Shown in pieces: positions 47,812 to 58,837 of a stretch of 64,000 nt of DNA (positions are counted from its first letter, which is position 1; every line of letters begins with the position of its first letter). The stretch is from positions 1 to 64,000 of IMG/VR virus record IMGVR_UViG_3300025168_000032; one strand, written 5' to 3'. This stretch comes from a virus. The translations under genes were made by a program, and so were the position numbers. The notes under the pieces were generated by a model. It made no database searches. It was not told where the DNA came from and was given only the letters and a program-made list of their open reading frames with translations.

Positions 47812-50800
47812 ATGGCGAATTATTATTTAGATTATGTAGGATTGAACACATTCATTTATGAACCGGTTGGTTATGACGAAGACGCTCAACTGGCACGGGA
47901 GTTTGTATCTTTCGGGTCATTTGTTCAGTTTAAACAAAACCATATTGGGTCGACGTTGGGCGGAACCACTCCAAACGATCTTAAATATGTTAAAAATTTT
48001 GATTTCCCAGCACACTTGGTCGACCCACAGACCGGAGCCCATGCAGCTAATGACGCTGGTCTCCTTCGGGCAACTGCATCGTTTTTTCCTGCTCTTATAC
48101 TCCATCGCAATGGTCCTTATGGTTTTCCAACGTGGAAACAAATCAGGGTTGGCGATAATCCCCTCACTCGTAGACAAAAGAAGAGCAACATTTTCACCTT
48201 TGTTCGAGAGCCCGGAGAAGAGTTTTCTTTCAAAATGGCAGGCAAACAACACACCTTAAGAAGCAAATATGGAGCAATTGAGGCGTACCACGAAAGTCCG
48301 GTTACATCAAAATATAAACCATTTGTGGTTTCTGTTGGGAGCATTCAGGGAGACTCGCTGAGTCGTTTTAGAATAAAAGCCTCATACGGAAATGCAATAG
48401 CTGGCTTTACAAATCCAGAAATAAATAATTATTATGACTTTAATGACAAGGAAAGCGATGAGTTTAATCAAATTAAAAAAGAATACCTCAATGGTGGATT
48501 AGATAGCGATGGCAGCTTAGTTGATTCATTTGAATCATTTACCTATAGGGAGGTAGTGTTTCCACAAAAGCAATACACATATAGGCATTTCAAGAGACAA
48601 AGAACCACTTTCTCTTTCCCGTGGAGATATGAGAGAACAAACAGAAATTCTAATGGGCAAATATCCAATGGGTTTGGTACCGCCCCTGTATCCCAAAGCG
48701 TATGGCCCTTGGACGTAACGGAAAATTGGGCGACAACGATAGTAGGTGCATCTAGGCTTGCCCTCGGCAGCGCCCCGAACGAAGTTTATTTTGGTCTAAC
48801 AGAGGGCTCCAATACTAATCCCGGTATCTTGTGGAATAGATATAGTAGTTTTAATAAAAACAATACCTCTTATTTGACCTTTGGCCTTATAAATACTCAT
48901 TTCGCCCCTGCTCCAATATATGCCCGAAGACATACATTAATACAATCAGAGTCAGTAGTTTCTCCATGTGGTATGCCTATAGAGGGAATTAGATATGGAA
49001 CAACGCTTGGTGATATAGCGATGGAACATATACCACAGGGCGAAGCAGCATGGGACACCCCATCACAATCTGGTCGTGCTCCATTTTATGACACATATAA
49101 TTTGTACCACGTAGATCTCAAAAGCAAATACAAAGATTATTCTATAATTCCAGAATTTAGAATGTCCAATCACGTAAAAGCTTACCAGTCAACTGGTTCT
49201 ATTGAACAAAACTTGAGTATTTTTGAGCTAACAGGAGGCCTTGCTTCTACCACAGGCTCAGCAGAGGCTAATTTCTATAAAATCTTTACAAATACTGACT
49301 TTATGGAACATTTTGAATTTGTCAAAGAAGAACATAAGGATTTTGTTAAACCAAGCAGGCTTATGTTAAAGTGCAAAGCGGTTAAAAAGTTCTTACCTTA
49401 TGACGGTTTTTATCCCGTTCAGCGATCTGTCGAGGTAGCAAAGCAGTTTTTCCAATCATATTCGGGATCTTTCACGGTTACCGCTAGTAGCACCTCTTGG
49501 GGTACGGGCAACAAACCAGAATTTGCAATGCAAAATGTTCTTGCTCCGATGTTTGCTCCCGGAGTATTATACAATTCAATAAAATCCGGGGTAGCAGTTG
49601 ATTACCCCATCGTAACGGGGTCCTATATGGCATCGGGAACCGAGGGGTCAAATGAAAATCTAAATGCGATTTTGTCGCACCCAACTCTAGATGCTGACCA
49701 ATACATGATAAGACTCAAATACGATGCGTCGACTGACGGGATAGTCAACTGGGATAAGAGAGTTCCCTTTAAAGCGCTGATCGAGCCTGCAAGACACTTG
49801 TCAAGTTATTCAATCCCCACCCAAGAACCACATGCCAGCGGAAACGTATCAGCTTCTGTTTTCTTTTCTCCTAAGTCCGGGCCACTATACAAGCTAATGA
49901 TACATAATTATTTGGCAGAAATCCCAGAGTTCTTTTTGAAAGGGAAAGAATTTTCTAGAATTGCATCTAAAAAATCAAGCGATCCAACAGTGGGGAACGC
50001 TAGAAAGGATCACACATATATGATGAGAGTGAAGATGTTTAAATCGACATTGTCTGGTACTTTTGCTCAGGGTCCACTCGCTGTTGCAACTGATATCGGG
50101 GTAGAAACTCCGCAGATTACGGATGTCAACAACTTCGAAACTTTTACAATGTATTCTAGGCCTAGCGCCTTTGGTCCTCCAAGTATTTGGAGACACGCAA
50201 ACGGAGTGAATGTCAAAACAGTTCAGGATTCGAGAGAAGGTTATAATTATCCTTTTACTCCTCCTTATTATCATGGTGAGGGATGGGCTGATATCAGATT
50301 CCAGCCAAGCGAAACTAAAAAATATACTATAAATGAGATAGTAAACCAATCCACTGTTGAGTATTTTCGGTGGATTGACGAAAACTCTTTGGCTGGCTTA
50401 TCGCCCAGCTATGGAAACAAAGAAACCATTGGGGACAAAGCAAATGATACATTTCTTCAACTTTCTGCCTCGCTAAACCTCTTCACGAAAGCCTCCGTCA
50501 GTACTACTGGGCAAGGCGCAAATGAGCAAACAATCGTGGTCTCTACAACGGCAAACGATGACCAACACTGGGTTATACAACCACACTTTGAATCACCAAT
50601 GTTAAACTTTAATCATTTGTCTGCTTCGACTTCTATCACTTTGCCGTTAAACGGCTCCGAGTCCGTGCCAAGAGGAATGTGGCACCAATATGGAAGAATC
50701 GAGGAAGATCCATCCAAAGGAATATTTATGCAAGTCACGGATGTTCCAGACAGACATATTGAAATTATAAATGGAGGAGTTCCAGAGTCTTCTGCTAAAG

Positions 50801-51765
50801 ACCCCACCACTTCCACAACAGGCTCGCTAATGGACCTATGCGGATTCAATAGTGCCCCAGTTAAAATGGGACAGTTGGCTGACACCAAAGAAGTAAGAGA
50901 AGCAGTGGTTGCTGTTCCTTTTATCGAAGAAGAAGGCAGAAGAAAATTTTTCAAATTAGATGAAAAGGAAGTCCGAGTCGCGATACAGCGCTCGAAAGGG
51001 AAAAGTGCTTTAGCCTTAATCAACCAAGGCTTTCCTGAAGAAATACCAGAAAGTGTCCAAAACATGGTTGATAAGATGAAGCATTATGTTTTTCCACCCC
51101 CAATGGACTTCTATAACGATTTAAGGTCAGTTGACCCGATTGCGATGTATATTTTTGAATTTAAACATAAATTTGGAAAACAAGACTTGGCAGATATGTG
51201 GCAAGGGGTTCAACCAAACATTGGAATTTCCCATGAAGAGGCAACGGCATATAGCAGTCATAGTCTGCTAGAGGAAGAGCTTCTCGGGCAAAACAGCGAC
51301 ATACCTGATCGTCTTCGGTGGATGATCTTTAAGGTAAAACAGAGAGCAAAGGTAAATTTTTACGACAAGAGTATTATTAAACAAGTGGGGAATGCTTCAC
51401 AAGGAGCGATAGCTAATGTTGACCAAGATATAGCGGATTCGTTCGAGAGTTTATTAAAGGCCGGCAACGACTCGGGTCCACCAATTTCATTCAATTGGCC
51501 TTATGATTTCTTTTCGTTGGTTGAACTAATTAAGTTGGAAGCTAATGTCAAGTTTAGTGAGGAGTCCAAACTTCCTCAAACTGGTGGTATAATGAAAAGC
51601 GCAACACAAGCTATAATGAGAAATATCCCGAAGAAAGCCGATCAAGATACATCGACTGAAGCTCTTATGGAGACCAATAGAACATATTATAGTGCCGCTG
51701 GGTCTACCAAGATCACATACAGCGATGGTTCTACAAAATGGGTAGCAGGAGATAAAACATCATGA
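47812..51765 (+). CDS. Large structural protein (baseplate/tail region)
   Basis: Start moved to ATG47812 behind GGAG. Operon context. C-terminal AVVAVPF..PIAMYIFEF.H..NWPYDFFSLVEL. Confidence 0.75.
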   Translation: MANYYLDYVGLNTFIYEPVGYDEDAQLAREFVSFGSFVQFKQNHIGSTLGGTTPNDLKYVKNFDFPAHLVDPQTGAHAANDAGLLRATASFFPALILHRNGPYGFPTWKQIRVGDNPLTRRQKKSNIFTFVREPGEEFSFKMAGKQHTLRSKYGAIEAYHESPVTSKYKPFVVSVGSIQGDSLSRFRIKASYGNAIAGFTNPEINNYYDFNDKESDEFNQIKKEYLNGGLDSDGSLVDSFESFTYREVVFPQKQYTYRHFKRQRTTFSFPWRYERTNRNSNGQISNGFGTAPVSQSVWPLDVTENWATTIVGASRLALGSAPNEVYFGLTEGSNTNPGILWNRYSSFNKNNTSYLTFGLINTHFAPAPIYARRHTLIQSESVVSPCGMPIEGIRYGTTLGDIAMEHIPQGEAAWDTPSQSGRAPFYDTYNLYHVDLKSKYKDYSIIPEFRMSNHVKAYQSTGSIEQNLSIFELTGGLASTTGSAEANFYKIFTNTDFMEHFEFVKEEHKDFVKPSRLMLKCKAVKKFLPYDGFYPVQRSVEVAKQFFQSYSGSFTVTASSTSWGTGNKPEFAMQNVLAPMFAPGVLYNSIKSGVAVDYPIVTGSYMASGTEGSNENLNAILSHPTLDADQYMIRLKYDASTDGIVNWDKRVPFKALIEPARHLSSYSIPTQEPHASGNVSASVFFSPKSGPLYKLMIHNYLAEIPEFFLKGKEFSRIASKKSSDPTVGNARKDHTYMMRVKMFKSTLSGTFAQGPLAVATDIGVETPQITDVNNFETFTMYSRPSAFGPPSIWRHANGVNVKTVQDSREGYNYPFTPPYYHGEGWADIRFQPSETKKYTINEIVNQSTVEYFRWIDENSLAGLSPSYGNKETIGDKANDTFLQLSASLNLFTKASVSTTGQGANEQTIVVSTTANDDQHWVIQPHFESPMLNFNHLSASTSITLPLNGSESVPRGMWHQYGRIEEDPSKGIFMQVTDVPDRHIEIINGGVPESSAKDPTTSTTGSLMDLCGFNSAPVKMGQLADTKEVREAVVAVPFIEEEGRRKFFKLDEKEVRVAIQRSKGKSALALINQGFPEEIPESVQNMVDKMKHYVFPPPMDFYNDLRSVDPIAMYIFEFKHKFGKQDLADMWQGVQPNIGISHEEATAYSSHSLLEEELLGQNSDIPDRLRWMIFKVKQRAKVNFYDKSIIKQVGNASQGAIANVDQDIADSFESLLKAGNDSGPPISFNWPYDFFSLVELIKLEANVKFSEESKLPQTGGIMKSATQAIMRNIPKKADQDTSTEALMETNRTYYSAAGSTKITYSDGSTKWVAGDKTS

Positions 51766-52733
51766 CTTTTTTTAATAAAAAGGAAGATGTTATTAAGATA
51801 GAGTTGACTCCTCACGGTAGAAAGTTACTGTCGCAAGGAAAACTAAAACCAGAGTTTTATGCTTTTTTTGATGATGATGTGATTTATGATTCAGAACGTG
51901 GAGGCTTTACGGAAACCAACTTACAATCAAAAACTAGAATTTTGTCAGAAACTCCGTCGCTAAGACCACAAACAACTCACCGTGGGGTAGATACTGGGCT
52001 TAAGAGTTCTTTGTCGATAGACAAGAACGATTCGATGACTTATGCGATTGGAACTAACAATTTTTCTGACCAAGATGCGGTTGGTTGGGAAGCCTACATA
52101 CTACAGGGTGAGGCTGATACTTTTTCTTATAATTACACAACCAACACAAACGAAAATATCAAAATTCCTCAAGTTAATAGTTTGTTGAACTTTACGATGT
52201 CAATTGGTGATGTTAGGCAAGGTGGCATGCCAACTTCAAATTACATTGATTATAGCCCGGATATGGGAGCAGACGATGCAAGCTTTATACGAGTAAAAGA
52301 GCAGGAAATGTTAATATATCTTAGTGAAAAGAACGGATTTAATACTAGTGACAATTACACAATGGATGTCTTTTTATACGAAGAGGATAAAGCTGAATAT
52401 AAAAAGCTTAAATTTCTTTCTAGGGATATTGATGAAAACGAAATAAAAAATGACATACTTAGATTAAGAACCCCCGGAAGTGAAGATGGCATTTTCGAAC
52501 AACCAGAAGAGAGTGTCGATGCTGACACGGTCGAGCAATACTTTGACCTCATGATTGATTCCGAGGTGTCAAGAATCAAAATATGTGAGGGTATAAGATC
52601 CTTGAGTGCAAAAGATATATTTGTTGATTTGCAAGATTACGATTGCGATGATTTGCTGGATAAAGAGGAAGCTTTAGATGTTAATATATATTCTACTGGA
52701 AACAATGACATAGAGGTATGCGAAGATGAGTGA
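51762..52733 (+). CDS. Putative structural protein
   Basis: N-terminus ELTPHGRKLLSQG..FYAFFDDDVIYD resembles the N-terminus of 57873. Confidence 0.75.
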   Translation: MTFFNKKEDVIKIELTPHGRKLLSQGKLKPEFYAFFDDDVIYDSERGGFTETNLQSKTRILSETPSLRPQTTHRGVDTGLKSSLSIDKNDSMTYAIGTNNFSDQDAVGWEAYILQGEADTFSYNYTTNTNENIKIPQVNSLLNFTMSIGDVRQGGMPTSNYIDYSPDMGADDASFIRVKEQEMLIYLSEKNGFNTSDNYTMDVFLYEEDKAEYKKLKFLSRDIDENEIKNDILRLRTPGSEDGIFEQPEESVDADTVEQYFDLMIDSEVSRIKICEGIRSLSAKDIFVDLQDYDCDDLLDKEEALDVNIYSTGNNDIEVCEDE

Positions 52734-55700
52734 TTTTTTAGTTGGTAACGAGTTATTGCCCAATGTTTATATAAAGGGCATAGAAATCCTCGAAGGACAC
52801 AATGACGACAATGCATCTCTTAGGGCCCATGTCTGCATTGTTGATACCTCTTCTTTAGGGGTTAAAAAACTGTGGTCTGATAACGACCGACTTACAACCG
52901 CAATGTCTATTCTATTTGTAGCAAGTAGTGAAGAAGAAATCGGAGATTTGATAACAGATGGAAATATAGATTTTTCTGAAAGAGCAATCCGCGAAAGGGC
53001 AAACAGTTTGCAAAGCAACATTATAGATTTTGTCTTCCCAACAATAATTAACAAAACATTTAATTCGAAGGTGGAGACATCTATCGATGATGGTTATAAG
53101 TATTTCAATTTCACTTTCGATTTCAAACACAATTTGTTAAAATCAGAATTGAAAATTTTCAGCGCTGTTTACCTAGATGAGGCAAAAGCATCCGCGACTG
53201 GTGGTTCTATAAAAATTATCCCGGAAATGTCGTATTACGGCCCCGTATCATCAGAGACCGTATTTCAGAAATCAAACATAAACAGAACGACAACGGTATT
53301 CTTAAACTCTAACGGTACCCAATATATAGGACCAGTTCATATGCACGAAGGGGGATATATGGCAGGATCTTACCACAAGAATGTGCCTCACTCTAAACTT
53401 ACAACATTAGAGGTTTTTAACTATAAAATAAAAGATTATAGAGAAATGAAACCCGACAGTTACAACAGAGAAAGCCAAATTAAAAAAGACAACAATTATA
53501 CTCCTTTTACTGAGTTATACGATACGGTCACATATTCCGGTAATATTTCTGCATTGTTTGGAATCAACGTCAGGGACATGTTGTTAAGGAAAACTAAATT
53601 TGGTAGAACACTAGAAGGACTAAACCCCGTTGTATTAAACTCTATTATGTCTAATTTTAAAATAAACAACCTTACGATAATAAGAGACAGGATTAAATTA
53701 GCCTATGGAACTAACAAGATCGGAAGTCCGATAGAGACTTATCGAGATTCAGTTAGCAAAGAATATATTATAACCTCTTATGACGAAAACAAACTTATAA
53801 AGCCATTAACTAGATTATCGAAAAACAAAGATTTTTATTATGATATGGTTATAGAAGAGTTGCCAATTTTAACTGCCGGAGAGGAGCCATTGTCAGGTCA
53901 ATTTTATAGAAACAATTTACAAGATTATAATATTGATGGAAGCATCAAGGAGATGTTTCTAGGCGAAAATAATATAAGATTTTTTGAATTTGAAGATTTT
54001 CTCATTAACGATAACAGGGTAGGCGAATATATGTATGAGGTAGAGTTATCGTTTAAAGACCCAACAATACCATTTGTACAAAGTCTTTTTGATAACATTT
54101 TAGAAACGTTCAAGAGGGTCACGGATTATTGTGATATGTTGTCTTCTAAGAAAAATTACAACTATGACATGGACCAAACAAGAGACAACTTTTTTGATAA
54201 TCAAGATTTCGAATATCAAGAAAATTACTCATCTGCCCCATGGGTTCAGGGACCCTTGGTGCTGGCTAAAATGTATTCTTACATGTACAACATGGGACAG
54301 GCTGACTTGTCGACTATTCTACAAAGCAATACTTCAAAATTAAACCCTAGGTTTGCAACAACTAAAAGTGCTAGCTCTTTTTTGGAAGAGATGGATAGAA
54401 TGATTCACAAAATGATAAATTATTTTTCTTTTTCACCAAGCCAAATAAAAGAAAACAGTCTTAAGGTTTTTCCTAAGAACACTCCAAGATCAACTTTGGT
54501 TAAAATCAGCCACAGATTCGAAAAAATATTCTTGCCTTTTGAAAATAGGAAGCGCTACAACTTTATAGAACCAAATTACACCTCGGGTGTGCCGAAGATA
54601 CAACCCGAGGAATTTTTAAATAGACTGTCCCAAGAAAGAAGCAAGCTGTTTACAGACGGCCCTGCAATCTATAGTTCCCAAGAGCCTGTTGATCCTGACA
54701 CATTATCTGGTCTTGTACAAACTACTGGTTTTTCTTACGGCTATATAAGCCCAATGTCCGTTCGGGATAAAGGAGTCCGGTTTGACCTAAAAGAACCAGA
54801 ATCTATTGATGTAAACAAATTTAATAAATTATTTGATAATGTTCAGAGGATTCCACCAGAGAGGCCGACAAGAAGAAAAAAAACAAGAAAGTCAAGGACA
54901 AGAAAAAGAAAATTTTCAAATTTAAATTTGTCTCCTAAGTTTTCTATACTTAGCCCTATCCCTATGAACTTCGAGGACACCGCAGAAGAAGAAATAACTA
55001 TTAATTCGGAAGAATATCTAGGTAATGATTCTTCTTTCGTCGTGTATGACAAGGACCTTGTTTTTAAATTGGAGCCTATTCCGGAGCAAAGTATGTCTGC
55101 GATAAGTAGCCAACTTTCGATAGCCCCACCAAGCAGGGTGGTGTCAAAAAATACTTTTGATATTGATAACAAACAAAATATTTTAAATAAGATTAAGAAC
55201 AATTCAACCCCTGAAGCATTTTCGTCAAGAGTTGCAAACTTGCCAAACCATATGAAGGCCCTGTTTTTATCAAAAGGTAAATCATCAAAAATTAACCTGT
55301 TCAAGCGGAAAGATAGATTAGTAGCTAAAGACACTGAATTGCTTAGCAAGGTTTCGTATTTTACTATCGTTAAGGTCGAGGTTCTGGTAGGTTATGAAGC
55401 TATAAAAGAAACGGGAGAAATGCTATTAAACAAGCCCATTTGGGATATGTTGGACCCAGATAGTTTACTCGATATGACAGGCTATTATTTCTGTAAGATG
55501 GTTTATCACGTAGACAAAGAACTCGGAATTGGAACAGACGACAGGACCAATCTAGCATTTACAAATAAATACTTTTTTATTTCCAGAGGTGATTTATACG
55601 ATCCCTCTTTGGCAGATGGCCAAAGTGATGATCTTGATTCTGACTTAGTTATCAGTGAATATTCTAACAGTATTGATTTCAACATGTCACAGGCGACTAG

Positions 55701-55854
55701 TAATATAGTAACCCAAATCAACAACTTTGTTTCAGGCCGGCCACAGGCTACAACAATTTCCACAGCTATACCCACTTCAACAACCACAACAACCACAGCA
55801 ACTCCCACTTTAACTAGTGGCACGACGACAGCTACAACAGGAGGTTCGTACTAA
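52726..55854 (+). CDS. Large hypothetical (structural) protein with a Thr-rich C-terminal tail
   Basis: 1042-aa ORF in the operon, ending TSTTTTTTATPTLTSGTTTATTGGSY. Confidence 0.75.
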   Translation: MSDFLVGNELLPNVYIKGIEILEGHNDDNASLRAHVCIVDTSSLGVKKLWSDNDRLTTAMSILFVASSEEEIGDLITDGNIDFSERAIRERANSLQSNIIDFVFPTIINKTFNSKVETSIDDGYKYFNFTFDFKHNLLKSELKIFSAVYLDEAKASATGGSIKIIPEMSYYGPVSSETVFQKSNINRTTTVFLNSNGTQYIGPVHMHEGGYMAGSYHKNVPHSKLTTLEVFNYKIKDYREMKPDSYNRESQIKKDNNYTPFTELYDTVTYSGNISALFGINVRDMLLRKTKFGRTLEGLNPVVLNSIMSNFKINNLTIIRDRIKLAYGTNKIGSPIETYRDSVSKEYIITSYDENKLIKPLTRLSKNKDFYYDMVIEELPILTAGEEPLSGQFYRNNLQDYNIDGSIKEMFLGENNIRFFEFEDFLINDNRVGEYMYEVELSFKDPTIPFVQSLFDNILETFKRVTDYCDMLSSKKNYNYDMDQTRDNFFDNQDFEYQENYSSAPWVQGPLVLAKMYSYMYNMGQADLSTILQSNTSKLNPRFATTKSASSFLEEMDRMIHKMINYFSFSPSQIKENSLKVFPKNTPRSTLVKISHRFEKIFLPFENRKRYNFIEPNYTSGVPKIQPEEFLNRLSQERSKLFTDGPAIYSSQEPVDPDTLSGLVQTTGFSYGYISPMSVRDKGVRFDLKEPESIDVNKFNKLFDNVQRIPPERPTRRKKTRKSRTRKRKFSNLNLSPKFSILSPIPMNFEDTAEEEITINSEEYLGNDSSFVVYDKDLVFKLEPIPEQSMSAISSQLSIAPPSRVVSKNTFDIDNKQNILNKIKNNSTPEAFSSRVANLPNHMKALFLSKGKSSKINLFKRKDRLVAKDTELLSKVSYFTIVKVEVLVGYEAIKETGEMLLNKPIWDMLDPDSLLDMTGYYFCKMVYHVDKELGIGTDDRTNLAFTNKYFFISRGDLYDPSLADGQSDDLDSDLVISEYSNSIDFNMSQATSNIVTQINNFVSGRPQATTISTAIPTSTTTTTTATPTLTSGTTTATTGGSY

Positions 55855-57833
55855 TGTCTACCAAACTAAGAATAGCAGATATGGGAATAGATGAGTTGAT
55901 GTTAAATGGCGGAGGCGATGCAATTCGTGAACTTAGCTTTCAAGAAGAAAAATATGACTTTGAAGAAAACACAGTTGTACAAAGAATCGTAGCAACAACA
56001 GTAAAAGGTTTCGACATAACAAGTATTATGGCTTTCGGGCCTACATATTATAACCATAATGCTACGTTTGACATGCCTACTGATATTTCTTTCTTGAGTG
56101 GTATGGAGCTTCATAAGCAAACTAATTTTTTTAAAATTAATAATGACTACCTCTACAGTTCTATTGAATACGATACGTTCATTGCAGATAAAGACCACAG
56201 GATGATACCAACGGTTTATTTATCTACTGTTAGCTCGCAGAACATGAAAGAAGTTGATAATTTTACCCCATTCTCAACTAGCATCAATTCTAAAAAGATA
56301 AAGAACTTCAATACAGACCTTGAGTCTCACTACGTCGGCTCTGACGGGGCTATTGTGCAAAAGCGCTCTAGAGTCTTCTTCGGTTCGGAATATAGCTTTG
56401 GGATCGGTAACTCATCATTATCTGAGTTTCCTTACCACAACAAAATTATTTTTTCTGCTGTAAAAGAACAAACAATTTTGAGCATACTGAAGGACCCAAG
56501 AATCGACCTTTACGACAAAATAGTAAATGATTACATAGAATATCCCAAATCAGGAACTACATTTGAAATAGGAGGAGTTGAAAGAGAGGCCCACTCGGTC
56601 GACCTATTTAATCTTATAGGCCAAGGTAACTCCTCTTTCTCGAACGACCAAATGCTTGTTATGCCACCCTACGAAGAAAAATCTACAATGGAAGAAGAAT
56701 CAGCAAGATGGGCCGCAAACCTTAATATAAAATCAGCGGCGCTACTCGCTACCAGAAACCTTGGAGAAATATATGATGAAGAGCTAGCGGAATACGAGTG
56801 GTTATTTTTTAAAATTGAAAAATACGCAGGTGATAATACAAATGTATCTCCTGTTCAAACTTATATAGTGGCGGATACCACTGGTGATGTTATTTTAGCA
56901 GATACCCAAATCAAGCCTATGGAGCAATATACTTATATTGTTATGGGCTACGCCTTAGTAAAAGGCTCGGAATATTCTTATAGATTAGCGGATAAAAGAG
57001 AATCAGAGGAAGAAGTGAGATTTGAAATTGATGTTGTAATCAAGCCATCTATGAAAATTCTAGAGCTTCCACTTTTTCGAAAGTCAGTGTTTGTTACTAA
57101 GAAACCCCCAATACCTCCGTATGTAAAATTTATTAATAAATCAAATTCGAAAAGTAAAATAAAAATATTATTGGATCTACAAAGAGGTGAGCAAGCTTCT
57201 AAATTCGTATCAGTGCACGAGAAAGATAGTCAAATAATGAATTTCATTCCGGGTATTAACGAAGATGAAGACATAGAGTTTGAATATTCTGAACATCCCG
57301 GAAAATTTGAAATATTCAAATCATTTAGTAAAATTACAAATTATAATAGGCATGACACTTCTTTCATAGCTGAGAATGCGGTAGGCATGCCGTATGTTGT
57401 AATAGACGAAAAGATAAGAGCAAACAGAAAATATTATTATTTTTTTAGAACTATAAACGATTTTGGTTTACCCTCAAATCCGTCTCCTATATACGAAGTT
57501 GAGTTATTAAAGGATTCAGATGATTCTAAAATAATTGTTAATATAATTAAAGTTAATAACGAAATAGATTTACGGTTCCAGCCTGATGTAAAGTTCGGGC
57601 AATTTCTTCATGTCCTTCCCGCGTTCGCCCAGTCGCAAATAGTATACCCTCCCGAGTACAGCGGTGAAACATATAAAAAATTACTACCAAAATTTGGTTT
57701 AGGATATGCAGCGGAACCAGTTTGGGGTAGAAAATTTAAATTTAGGATTACTTCCACGAATACTGGTCGTAAAATAGATTTTAATATAATTTTTGACATT
57801 GTAAAAAGAGAATCAGAAGAAAATTTGAAATAG
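55854..57833 (+). CDS. Hypothetical (structural) protein, possibly with Ig/FN3-like beta domains
   Basis: 659-aa ORF with YTYIVMGY and YYYFFRTIN..GLPSNPS patterns. Confidence 0.65.
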   Translation: MSTKLRIADMGIDELMLNGGGDAIRELSFQEEKYDFEENTVVQRIVATTVKGFDITSIMAFGPTYYNHNATFDMPTDISFLSGMELHKQTNFFKINNDYLYSSIEYDTFIADKDHRMIPTVYLSTVSSQNMKEVDNFTPFSTSINSKKIKNFNTDLESHYVGSDGAIVQKRSRVFFGSEYSFGIGNSSLSEFPYHNKIIFSAVKEQTILSILKDPRIDLYDKIVNDYIEYPKSGTTFEIGGVEREAHSVDLFNLIGQGNSSFSNDQMLVMPPYEEKSTMEEESARWAANLNIKSAALLATRNLGEIYDEELAEYEWLFFKIEKYAGDNTNVSPVQTYIVADTTGDVILADTQIKPMEQYTYIVMGYALVKGSEYSYRLADKRESEEEVRFEIDVVIKPSMKILELPLFRKSVFVTKKPPIPPYVKFINKSNSKSKIKILLDLQRGEQASKFVSVHEKDSQIMNFIPGINEDEDIEFEYSEHPGKFEIFKSFSKITNYNRHDTSFIAENAVGMPYVVIDEKIRANRKYYYFFRTINDFGLPSNPSPIYEVELLKDSDDSKIIVNIIKVNNEIDLRFQPDVKFGQFLHVLPAFAQSQIVYPPEYSGETYKKLLPKFGLGYAAEPVWGRKFKFRITSTNTGRKIDFNIIFDIVKRESEENLK

Positions 57834-57837
57834 TGTT

Positions 57838-57844
57838 CTAATTA
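57838..57844 (+). promoter_or_regulatory. Candidate late-promoter element CTAATTA
   Basis: Intergenic, about 28 nt upstream of ATG57873. Confidence 0.3.
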
Positions 57845-57872
57845 TAGAAGAAAACCTTTTTAGGAGAAAAAA

Positions 57873-58820
57873 ATGGCATTTTTAGACAATAGTGGGGATA
57901 TAATCCTCGATGCAGTATTAACAGACCACGGAAGGATGGTTTTGGCAAAGGGAGATGGGTCTTTCCAAATAACCAAGTTTGCTCTTGGGGATGAAGAAAT
58001 CGACTATTCTCTATATAATTCTTCCCACGCTAGCGGCTCGGCTTACTATGATTTGGAAATTTTACAAGTTCCGGTTCTTGAGGCATTCACAAATAATGCT
58101 TCATCAATGAAGTCAAAACTTGTTACGATGGGTAACAACAACCTGTTATACATGCCAGTTCTCAAGCTAAACACAAATTTAACAAACACGAAACAACACG
58201 GTTCAGGATCTCATATGGTTGCGGTTGATCGAGAAACAGAAGGAACAGATGCTGCCCAAACTGGTGCGGCTGTTGGCTATATCGGGACTGACGCAGTCCA
58301 AGGGATAATGTTTGGCCAAAGTCTAGAAGGCACAAATTATATAAGGATAGATCAAGGCCTTGATACTACTGAGGTCTCTCCTAAACAAAGAAGTTCGATT
58401 CGGGACATGATTGAGGCATCGTATATTATGCAAATTGATAATCGTCTTGGACGAATCGTAACGTCTGGCGGCGACAGGGTTTCTGAAGATTATATTGATG
58501 ATGACAATATCGCTTATTATACGGTAGACGCATCAGACGGGATTGTATTAGATAACACCGATGACTCTAATTCTACAACCCAAACTATTTCTGGTCCTCG
58601 TGGATCGATGCTTGAATTTAAAATTGAAGCATCACTTCAATTGCAAACGAGTACCTATTTATTTAACCAGCTTGGTGGAACAACCACCATGGTTCGAAAA
58701 GACGGCACAGCGGGAACTCAAAGTGTAAGATACATTGATTCCACTGTCAGAGTTACGGGCATGTCAACAGGTTATTCAATTGATGTACCTATCAGGTTTA
58801 TTAAAACAGTTACTAGCTAA
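57873..58820 (+). CDS. Virion structural protein
   Basis: AGGAG RBS. VLTDHGRMVLAKG...ITKFALGD resembles the start of tail-collar-fibre domains. Confidence 0.75.
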   Translation: MAFLDNSGDIILDAVLTDHGRMVLAKGDGSFQITKFALGDEEIDYSLYNSSHASGSAYYDLEILQVPVLEAFTNNASSMKSKLVTMGNNNLLYMPVLKLNTNLTNTKQHGSGSHMVAVDRETEGTDAAQTGAAVGYIGTDAVQGIMFGQSLEGTNYIRIDQGLDTTEVSPKQRSSIRDMIEASYIMQIDNRLGRIVTSGGDRVSEDYIDDDNIAYYTVDASDGIVLDNTDDSNSTTQTISGPRGSMLEFKIEASLQLQTSTYLFNQLGGTTTMVRKDGTAGTQSVRYIDSTVRVTGMSTGYSIDVPIRFIKTVTS

Positions 58821-58837
58821 CAAAAGAGAGACAAAAT

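Noticed and set aside
47790-47815. Frameshift or broken gene between the 2422-aa and 1321-aa ORFs
   Set aside because: The second ORF has its own GGAG and ATG (47812) two bases after the stop, which is normal coupling. No slippery site is evident.
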